From Phoronis australis (taxonomy: Eukaryota; Animalia; Phoronida): a stretch of 64,000 nucleotides of DNA. Positions 11,701-20,936 of this stretch are shown piece by piece. The stretch is from the NCBI GenBank assembly GCA_002633005.1, contig NMRA01000538.1, positions 62,001 to 126,000 on the forward strand, given 5' to 3'. The position numbers and the translations under genes were made by a program. Numbering within the stretch: position 1 is the first letter of the stretch; every line of letters starts with the position of its first letter. The notes below the pieces were generated by a model. It saw nothing but the letters and a program-made list of their open reading frames with translations. It searched no databases and was not told where the DNA came from.

Positions 11701-14700
11701 ATTGGTAAGGATGACCAAATTTCTTAAGTCTACACATGGCTTTTTCAGGAGTTTTTTCAACTGCAACAGTACACTCCTTTATCCCCAGCTCCTCAAGCAG
11801 ATTACTTTCATTCAAGTCCGTAAAAGTGCGCTTGCTAGATTTCGACCGGTTTTGTATCCATTTTTTGCCTACAATTGATTTTCCTTTCCAAGACTTTTCA
11901 AGGTGAGCACGGGATTCCTGACTTAAGTCAGATGGTACTGCCTGCCCCGTGGTGGACTGGGTTGCAGAAGGCACGTAATCATATCCCCATTCTGTAGAAA
12001 CAGTAAATATAAATTGAATTTGTAGTGTGTTTACAGAGTAGGCATCCAGACTGTAAATGGCCCTAGAACACAAAACAAAACAAAAAACATTTGACCAGAT
12101 TACACATATGCAGATATACCAACGGAATAATTATTTTCAACTTTCAGAAAATAGGCTTACAGAACTTTCGCACTTGAGAAATATTGTTGGTACAAAGTAT
12201 ACAAGTTTCAAAAAATGTTCAAGATATAAAACAATACAATTTTAGTTTAGCATGATGCGTTTTGGTCAGGATGGATTTCGTGGCTTGCATTTGTTGCTTG
12301 TTAAACAATTCATTTCATCTCAATTTCAAGTTTTAACCACATGAACCTGTGTAGTATCACTATAATTATAACCAGGTTGATTCTGAAATCACCTTTCAAG
12401 GTATCAAGATGTTTCTTGTCTTGCCTACTTATGATTAGATCTTCAGCCTTTCGGGCACCCCACATGGCGTCATCGTCAACTTTGTCCTCAGCACCAGACA
12501 CAGCTATCAATAAGACCACCAGAGATATAGTTACTATAACTTGAAACAAAACTATTTCCAAAGCACTCATATAAATATACAATGGAAGAATGGCACCATC
12601 TTAACCAACAACCTTAATAAAACCAAAATATCTTGTTGGTGAATTACAAAAGCAAAAGATATTGTTGGTGAATTACAAAAGCAAAAGACATTGTTGGTGA
12701 ATTACCCACTTTTAAACATACTCATGACAGCTTGAAATTTTGACTTGTGCTAGACCTAACATATACATGTGAAGTTGCACCTGAACCCAAATTTAGGCAC
12801 ATGCAAAACATTAGAGTAAAAGTTGTATGTAAGTGAAGGCCGAGTATAGTATATTACAGAATGAATAAGAACACACACACACACCAAGTTTGTAACATGT
12901 GCATGCACAATTGACAACTGTATGTGTTTATAAAAGAAGCTTAAGCACTACTCTATGGGGAAAACACTTACGTATGAGAAAAACTGATATTTTTTGAATA
13001 TTAAAGCTAGACCTAAATGCACACAAAAACGGTACTGCCAGAGAGAATTTCTAGCTCACCATTAAAGGGTCTGAAGTCTGTGACTGGTGCAGCACCACTC
13101 ATACCCAGCCAATGACAGCACAGTCTCTGAGGAGCATCCGTAGTAGTCTCTGGTACAGACGGACCACTCTGTCCACGTGACCTACTTCTCGTTGTCCGCG
13201 CATTCAACACGCTCTTGTCTGTATCGCCCAGTCCAATGGACGTTGTGACAGCAGCGTTGGGCTCGCTTAGACAGTCCACCAGCTGTGACAAACTACTCGT
13301 CTTGTGCTGTGCAGTTTCAGAATCAGTGGACTCCGCCCGCCTAGCCAGACTGGAATAGGCAAAATGTAAACGGAGTGAATGAAAAGCCATACAAGAAGTT
13401 GGTAAGAATTTGCCGTCGATTTGTATAGGGAACTTTTGTAATTTCGGATGGGTTTGTTGTTTTTGCATATTGTGGGAATTTAGTAATGTCGAAGTAAAAT
13501 TAATGAAAATGTTGAATCACAATAGACTGAAAAAGGCACATCTCCATTTTTAACCCAAATGGAGACACACGGATGCAAAAACATAAACACATGCGAAGCT
13601 ATTAAGGTTATGCAGGACCATAGATAAATGTCCACATTTGGCTAACTTCAGAACAACTCAGAAATGGCTTATTGTATTCATATGAAACTCAGACATATTT
13701 CATGCACTGTTCTCTAACAAGTCATTAGAAATTATTTCTAAAATATTCTTCTTTTACACAAGGGACTATCACAAGAGGATTTTTACGAAAAACTAAAAAN
13801 NNNNNNNNNNNNNNNNNNNNNNNNNNNNNNNNNNNNNNNNNNNNNNNNNNNNNNNNNNNNNNNNNNNNNNNNNNNNNNNNNNNNNNNNNNNNNNNNNNNN
13901 NNNNNNNNNNNNNNNNNNNNNNNNNNNNNNNNNNNNNNNNNNNNNNNNNNNNNNNNNNNNNNNNNNNNNNNNNNNNNNNNNNNNNNNNNNNNNNNNNNNN
14001 NNNNNNNNNNNNNNNNNNNNNNNNNNNNNNNNNNNNNNNNNNNNNNNNNNNNNNNNNNNNNNNNNNNNNNNNNNNNNNNNNNNNNNNNNNNNNNNNNNNN
14101 NNNNNNNNNNNNNNNNNTCTGTGCGGATTGTTTATAAAATTTACTAAAATTACCCACCATCAAACATTTATGGCCCAATGAAACAACAACGACCTGTAAA
14201 TTTTAATTTTTTTGAAGTACGACCACCAGCCATTTTGAATTTAAATCAAACGCAACCACCCATAAATTTTTATTTCAGTTGCCTTCCCCCCCCTCCCAAA
14301 CAGATTTTGCTGGAACAGCCCTAAAAAGAAACGACAATGTCACCCAATTTATCCCACATAGGTATGAAGTAAAAAATCAAATTCAATAGGCTTTCTAATT
14401 ATATAACATACGTACTTAAGCGCAGTTAAATTAAAAACAAGTTTGTAAATATTTGCCTAAATGCAGATTTATTGACAGTGTCCTACACAATCTGTAAGAG
14501 AGCCATTCAGGTCAGTTGTCATCGCTCATTTGTTTCACCTACAAGTTTTAATAAAGTTCATATCTTTTATGAAAACTTGAAAAAATAAAATTTCATTTGT
14601 TAACATTAGAGCATCTTAAATTACTGAGATTTTACCACAACACATGACTTACTGCTGTGCGAAGTACAATACAACCGGATGGTTCATGCTGAAAGGAACA

Positions 14701-17700
14701 AAACATCAAATCAGATCCACAAAACTGATTCACAACTTAAACATCGTGTTTACAAATTATGAAAAGATTTTGACCAAGAGATCTTTTTACAAATAAATGC
14801 AGAAATCAAATACAATGCACTGTGGGAAAACGGTCACCCACAGCAGAACGAAATCAACCAATGAAACCAGAGATCTATACTTACTCTTCCAACCAACAGA
14901 ATGTTTGATATTTCAAAAATTCAAATCACAGGATCCCTTGGGCTACAGATAACACAAGAAAATCATCATGGTGTTTGAAGATGCTCACATACAAAACAGG
15001 AAAATTCACCTAATCATCCGTCTCAAAAGCTGTGGGTGGCCTATAAGTTGTCCAAAACACGCAAGACAAGAAGCATACTGAACATATATGAAGAGAAAGA
15101 GGGAATATGTATAATGTTATCTTCTATGCCAAAGGCCCATCGAAAGAAAAATGTTATCCGCATACCAATTGCTAATGTTCTTGGAGTGAATAAAGCCAAC
15201 TCGTTGATCCAAAACATTGTACTTGTCCACTTGCATGTAGAAATAATAGCGCCCCTGAAACAGAATCGGACTAGTAAGCATTACTGAATGGAGCAAAAAC
15301 ATACAAAAGCTGCAATAAAATTAGTCAAACACACACATTTCATCGAAGCTTGGAGAAAATTCAGTATAACAGTGCATTATTAGAGTTTTGTTAACACAGT
15401 TGTGGCATATTTATAACTTTGTACAGTTGTTTAACTACATCGTTCTTCAGATTGTCCTGGGTGAAAAACTTGAAAACAAAAATCTGACAAAAATTGTCAT
15501 CGAGAACTAGTCTTTTCTTAAGTAATAACATGAAATACAGTACCACCTTTTGATGAGTTTCCTATTTGAACGACTCTTCAAAAACTGTTCCTTTTTCACA
15601 AGATTTCCCAAAATGGTTTCTCAGTACGGTTTACTGGCAAGCAATCATACTCACTGGGTTATTGAATACAAAGTGTACGCTGTAGTCATGAATGACGAGC
15701 AGGGCGCCGCGAGAGAGCTTCATTTTTGGATCCTCGTCGTCAAGTGAGTCAAGATAAGTGCTGTGAAACAGAGAGAAAACATACATCTCACAGCAACTTA
15801 AAGCATTAAAACAAATTTTTATAAGCTTCACGTGCTAAGGAAAACTGAAACATCCCCTTTTCCTAAATTGTGTACCAGTTCCAAAAATCTCAGAGTGATG
15901 GTGAGGTGAAATGTCTACCTATGGTGAGACAGAGATTACCGCCAGACTCATGCTCTGTTCGCTCTACAATTTCTAAACACTGGGGTCTAGTTAACACATC
16001 TTCCAAAATCTTGTTGGAGCCTACTTCAATTTTCAAGTCTGTGAAAAGTCCAGTAACCTTTATTTTTGTAAAGGAAGACGCACAGTTTACACATTGAAAA
16101 ACGAGTCGAGCCTACTGACACTTCCAGGGGTAGGAAACTAACTCATTTCCATTTCTTGTTCTATTTCTTATGAAAACTATGTCCTAAATAACACAACCAT
16201 GAAGTCAATATGATCCATTTTAGCCTAATTGCATCACACAACGCAGAAACACTGCCTCGTATTAACAATGCTCAAGTGTTAATCAGTGTCATTGTGCCTG
16301 TTAAATAGGACTTAAGTGACTTGATGGTGTCAATGTCAATTTGGAATGCTCAACACAGAATCAAATACAGGTTCAAATCAAAGCCAGCGAATTGTCACAT
16401 GAAATCAAAGCCAGCGAGTTGCCACATGAAACTACAAAAAATATACTGGAGTTACAAGATTCAGAAGCACCAAGTCAATAACAGAGAAAATCAAGCTCCT
16501 TTAACAATGTTCTGCCACAAAATCAAGAAACTCAACTGAAAATGGCAATATCGAAACTTAATATTCAGTTGATCATAGCTGTTAGAATTGAACAAAGAAA
16601 GCCTGTCCACAAAATTTTGGCAGACAATAACAATGTTGTTATACAAACGCACACTATGTTACGATTCCTGATCAATGTCAGAAGCTTTAAGTCAGGCAAC
16701 AATCAAAATTATCTCAGATAATGAAGTTCAAGTCAACAAAATTTGTTAGAAGAAAATTAGATCTTGATAGACTTTTCTTACTCGTTAGAATTCTGATGCT
16801 GAGGTTGTTCTTTAAACACAGCAACGATTCCGTAGCCATCATCGTGAATGAGTCGGACAGCAGCACTGTTCTCTGGTGCTGGTACATCCTGTAAATGTAC
16901 CGTAATCAATGATATCGGACGAGTCAAAACGCGGTTGATATACCAAAATACCTGTTCTTCGGAACTCTTCATTTTTTAAGTGATTTACAAGAGATTTGTA
17001 ATTTTTACTCTAGTATTTAGAGATTGTGCCAACCCTTTTGCTTCTCAGGTATCATCGCACATGAGGAAAAGGCACTAGCTATGGCTGCAAGATGAGTAGG
17101 CATATAGTCTTGGTTAATAGGTATATCGTCTTGGAGTAGCCTTAGGCTCTCAGTTCAGGCGACTCGCTATTCACTAGGTGGTGCTAAAAGTAAAGGTCCA
17201 ACTCTTTGAAATAATATTTTTGGCCAAATTAGAAGTAAGACGTAGAAAACAAAAACAATGCTCGAGTGCAGCATGAAACTGATGTTTCGATATTAATCAA
17301 ATATCTTCCAGAGGTACAACAGTAGACAGAAAACGAAACAATGTAACAGAATGTTCACTTCACATCACAATGCAAGATACGACAACTAAATACTCTACCA
17401 AAACTCTATCCAGTAAGCTCCGACAGTCCTATTGCCAAGAGACCACTCAATAGGGATGTTGGAGCACATAGGCTGGAGTTATGGTTTTTAGTTGATAAAT
17501 CTTGTGCTATGCATCGTGATATGAACATTCTGTAACGATATTTCGTTTTCTGTCTACTGTTGAACATGAGGATGATATCTGATTACGGTAATATTGAAAC
17601 GTCACTTTCATGCTGCGCTCTGTTGTTTTCCCAATCCTTTTTAACATCTGAATAGACTGAGATCAGGAACCAGTTAATCAGCATAGGTGTGTTAATATAG

Positions 17701-18477
17701 TGGACCCACACGATAACCAGAGTACAAACATTTCTATGGGAAGGACCCTTGCTTCACTTGAGGGAACCTAATAAATTTTGAATTTCCCATAGTGTTGGTC
17801 TTGATATTGTGTATGCACAAAGTGACGCTTGCTACATTTACTCAATTGAAACACAACCCACATCCACTCCAGCAGTACTAGTGTTCTGTTTACCCGAGTT
17901 CATAGTACATTTCCCAGTTTTATATTCGGTTGCTCATCTTAACTCAATTCCTCCGACTTATGAAGAATGCAGACTATTGGAAACACTGGAGGTGTGTTTA
18001 ATGGTCTGACTTTGCTCGATTTTTGCCCAGTTTGAGCGCCTTTGATATGTGCTGACTGCTGAGGGTGGCAAATGCACCGATTTCATGATATAAAACGGAA
18101 CACTTGTGAACCAAAGGTATTGAATTTAGGAAAAAATGTTATAATTTAAACTTTCGAGGTTACCACAGATTTTGAAGTGAATTTTGGGTACAGGTCGTCA
18201 AATCGGGCAGTGACCATGCTCAAATTTTGTGTCACAGCTACCATCAGAAAATATTTTGAAAAACTGTGGACAAGTACAATGACACCAGATCTTGAAAAAC
18301 AAAGAAATGTAATTATGGTAAATATTTTGGTCCGAAGTTGGTGACATTTTATTGTAACCAACTTACATGGCACTCAATCTCCTTCAGTCTCTTGCCAACC
18401 TCAACAAGTCTGGAGGTGGAGGGCCACTGTGGGTTGCTGAGGATGTAATCTACAATCCAGGGTTGGACATCGACCAT
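5657..18477 (-). CDS. ACD: Shelterin subunit TPP1 / adrenocortical dysplasia protein (ACD) homolog, 13 coding exons, ~770 aa
   Basis: Phase-consistent GT-AG exon chain (minus): 18477-18367, 16888-16782, 15760-15655, 15254-15166, 14688-14653, 13349-13060, 12503-12393, 11991-11621, 9528-9439, 8997-8800, 8318-7700, 6865-6792, 5767-5657 (2313 nt). N-terminal OB fold reads MVDVQPWIVDYILS...SRLVEV...AVRLIHDDGYGIVAVF...LDDEDPKMKLSRGALLVIHDYSVHFVF..GRYYFYMQVDKYNVL...NCMNHPVV. This parallels human TPP1 RPWIRELILG / QLLEV / TLLVSDGTHSVRCLV / EEKE..GTEGRLLLLQDCGVHV / FYLQVDRFSLL / GCNQD. It also has SSLSQLVDCL (cf. SLSQLLDEM), EDLIISRQDKKHL (cf. MLCISENDQLIL, POT1-binding region) and a C-terminal VPEELLAKVRHYW (cf. 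TIN2-binding LPPQLMAWALHFL). The low-complexity middle exons are less certain. Confidence 0.85.
7700..8318 (-). CDS. ACD: TPP1/ACD large Ser/Thr-rich linker exon
   Basis: Acceptor gtgtttttag, IPKDTYYY...LLMQG, donor gtgagg; overlaps ORF 7620..8219; phases match both neighbouring exons. Confidence 0.8.
10001..10487. mobile_element. Non-autonomous DNA transposon with TTAA target-site duplication (Kolobok/piggyBac-type); related copies at ~13602-14490, ~24560-24980 and ~41250-41370 (reverse)
   Basis: TTAA(9997-10000)-GGTTATGT ... ACAGAACC-TTAA(10488-10491). The motif ttatg...aaatgtc...tttggcta...ttcatatgaaact recurs at the other sites. Confidence 0.6.
12634..12705. repeat. 29-bp tandem repeat (~2.5 copies)
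   Basis: ttgttggtgaattacaaaagcaaaaga(t/c)a repeated. Confidence 0.85.
13800..14117. other. Assembly gap (Ns), inside a TTAA-type repeat copy in a TPP1 intron
   Basis: Run of n. Confidence 0.99.
14653..16888 (-). CDS. ACD: TPP1/ACD OB-fold core exons 2-5 (16888-16782, 15760-15655, 15254-15166, 14688-14653)
   Basis: Canonical splice sites; phases 0/2, 2/0, 0/2 and 2/2 join without stops to give the Est3/TPP1-type OB motifs. Confidence 0.85.
17264..17620. mobile_element. Foldback/palindromic MITE-like element (~360-bp imperfect inverted repeat)
   Basis: gagtgcagcatgaaa...caacagtagacagaaaacgaaa...acagaatgttca pairs with tgaacattctgt...tttcgttttctgtctactgttg...tttcatgctgcgctc. Confidence 0.75.
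18367..18477 (-). CDS. ACD: TPP1/ACD first coding exon (start of OB fold)
   Basis: ATG 18477, MVDVQPWIVDYILSNPQWPSTSRLVEVGKRLKEIECH, donor gtaagt. In-frame stops lie just upstream; the acceptor at 18511-18512 implies a non-coding first exon further upstream. Confidence 0.85.
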
Positions 18478-18720
18478 CGTGACAGACGCTCACACCGCCA
18501 GTCATAAAACCTGCAACTACAAAAACATGACAACTTAGAAAAAGAAATTAAAAAGCCCAATGGGACGAGTAGTGCTGGCACTTTTGGAAGTATAGGGGCG
18601 ACACATTTGACAGTTGATGAATTTGGATTGTTGAGGGAGAGAATCTTCAAAGTACTGCTGCTAAAAATGTAAAGCTGCTGCAACACGGTTGGTACATATT
18701 TTCCCGATATTGGGTGGTTA

Positions 18721-18873
18721 CAGTAAAACCCACATTAGCTGGACATCGATATCAATTTTCACCTAGGTACTGTTGTTCTTCATGCACTTGGCCCTTCAGA
18801 TTCAAGTCAGACTTCACATTGATTGGAAAAAACCTCTTTATCTGGTAGCACTCAACTTAAGTGTGTTTTACTG
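18721..18873. mobile_element. pogo/Tigger-like MITE (TA TSD)
   Basis: TA-CAGTAAAAC ... GTTTTACTG-TA. Confidence 0.65.
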
Positions 18874-19125
18874 TACTTCATCCTTCAGTTCAACACAATT
18901 GTCAGTTGTGACACGTGGCTATTGGGTGTGACAATCATATAAAGCAACTCTAAATCACTTGCCAAGTGTTAATTGCCTCTTCCCCAAATGGTTTGGACAC
19001 TCGGATCTTACGCAGCAAACCTTGGTTTGGCCACTAGCCACATGGTGCCGGTAGATTTTTCTACCTGTCACACGCTTGAACAAATTTCTTAAATTAGGTA
19101 AACATGGCTAATGAGTCCAGTTAGA

Positions 19126-20163
19126 CAGTACCACTGTCTCAACTGGCAGTAGGGACGGTGGCCATCCTATAGGCCTTCCATACACCGGAAGCTTTTCCGC
19201 AAATTATGCCTCACACCGATTAAACCATCAAAATCATGCTGCTATAAATACCTTTCATGCGAAGAACACCTTAGGAGACCGTTGATGTTTTCAATTCCTT
19301 CCAACTCAAGAATAAATACTCCCGTAATCAAGCTTTTTTCAGTCATTTGTTCAGTTGCCCAAAATTGGCAACTGGCCACTTTTACATTGCTCGCGCGAGG
19401 GGTAACATGACCTCATACCTCTTGTATAGAGCACTATAAAAATGGCCAGTTGCCATTTTGGGCAACTGAACAAAGAACCGTTTGGAAAAAAAGTTTGATT
19501 GCTGGAGAATTTGTTTGAGCTAGGAAGAGTTAAAGATATCAACGGCGTCATAAGGTGTCCCTCTATGTGCAAAAGGTACTGTAGCAACATGATTTTGATG
19601 GTTTTATCAGTGTGAGGATAAATTCGCCAAAGAGATTCCAGCATATGTAGATCCTGTGGGATGGCCACCGTCTCTACTACGGCCAGATAAGATGAGGTTG
19701 ATAGTATCTAGCGTCCAGTTAGACAGTACCACCCACTGTCTCAACTGGCAGTAGAGACCGAGGCCTTCCCTTACCAAAGGTTCTCTATACACCCGAAGCT
19801 TTTCAGCAAATTATGCCTCACACTGATTAAACTATCAAAATCACATGACTATATCCCCTGGCGGGAATGGTGTAAAAAACTTCAGTTGCCGATTTGGACA
19901 ACTGAGCGAAGGACTGCTTGAAACAGTTTGATTGCAGAAGTATTTGTTCGAGCTGGGAAGAGTTAAACAACTTAAAGACACCAACAGTTTCCTATTGTAT
20001 CCCTCTATGCCCAAAGGTATAAGATGATAAGGTAGCAACATGACCTTGGTGGTTTAAACAGTGTGAGGCATAAATTAATTCGCCGAAAAGCTTCCAATGT
20101 ATTGAGGGCCTATATGCTATGGGATGGTCACCGTCTCTACCACAGTTGAGATGGTGGCACTGG
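19126..20163. mobile_element. Two tandem copies of a long foldback element (copy 1 ~19126-19690, copy 2 ~19724-20163 with internal deletion)
   Basis: gtccagttagacagtacca...ctgtctcaactggcagtag starts at both ~19115 and ~19713. Arms pair internally (ttcagttgcccaaaattggcaactggcca / tggccagttgccattttgggcaactgaa; gacggtggccatcc / ggatggccaccgtc). A related fragment ttccttccaactc occurs at ~35578 and (with one mismatch) ~38985. Confidence 0.75.
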
Positions 20164-20539
20164 TGGGATATAGTGGTTCCTGAATTTGAGAATCAGTTTC
20201 ACTCACTGAATATCAATAAGGGGACCTTCGCCTCGTTCTCAAAATCAAGGACCACTACATCCGACAATTGTGGCACTGGGCCAGTGGGGGCACTGTCTAT
20301 GGTTCATAGGGAACACTTAACTCGTTGAGGAAGTAATAAAGCCTGGCAAATGAGTTGAATGAAGGTCATAAAACATGGTCCTCGCAGATCCAGTTACACA
20401 ATGCTAGCCTACAAGTTAGCCTACAACTGTGAAAAGGCAACACCACAATTTCACAAAAACACAGTCAACAGGCACCGGTTAACTTCAGGTTTATTGAACA
20501 TCAGAGGAAAAGATTCTCTTCACTGCATCACTACATACC

Positions 20540-20936
20540 ATGACAATAGTAACTACAAAGACGCAGGTTTTTTATGAGAAGGATACATAATTTATGCACA
20601 AAATCGTTAAACTGTCGAGCAAAGCAGACGGCGCAATTTTGCTTTAAAATGGCCGCGGAAATTGTACACATGTTTTGATGACGTCCTATCGACATTTTTC
20701 GTTTACTTTAACATTTGAGGACATAAAATAGACAACAATGCATTTTAAGCATCTTTATCACACATGCTTATGATTAAAGGATTCATGAAAAACGAAATAA
20801 AAAATCAAATATTCGTAAGAAGCTGTGTGCTTGTGACGTCATGCACAACCTAGTTGGTGGTTGAGTTTATTTGGGGAGTACCTGCGAAATATTTCAGGCG
20901 TATCTGATTGTTTACGTACTAATTACTGCCCATTTC
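20540..20936. promoter_or_regulatory. Putative bidirectional promoter shared by TPP1/ACD (-) and par-6 (+)
   Basis: Lies between divergent genes; locally CpG-richer; YY1-like AAAATGGCCGC at 20646-20656; palindromic CRE TGACGTCA at 20834-20841 plus a half-site at ~20679; candidate minus-strand donor (gtatgt) near 20538. TSSs not observable. Confidence 0.5.

Noticed and set aside
14885-14942. Exon-like segment (tgtag...gtaagt, minus) in a TPP1 intron
   Set aside because: Stops in all three frames; the 36-nt exon 14688-14653 fits phase and homology instead. At most a poison exon.
15919-16038. 120-nt exon-like segment with an open phase-1 frame in TPP1 intron 2
   Set aside because: The host intron is phase 2, so inclusion gives an immediate stop, and the OB fold is complete without it.
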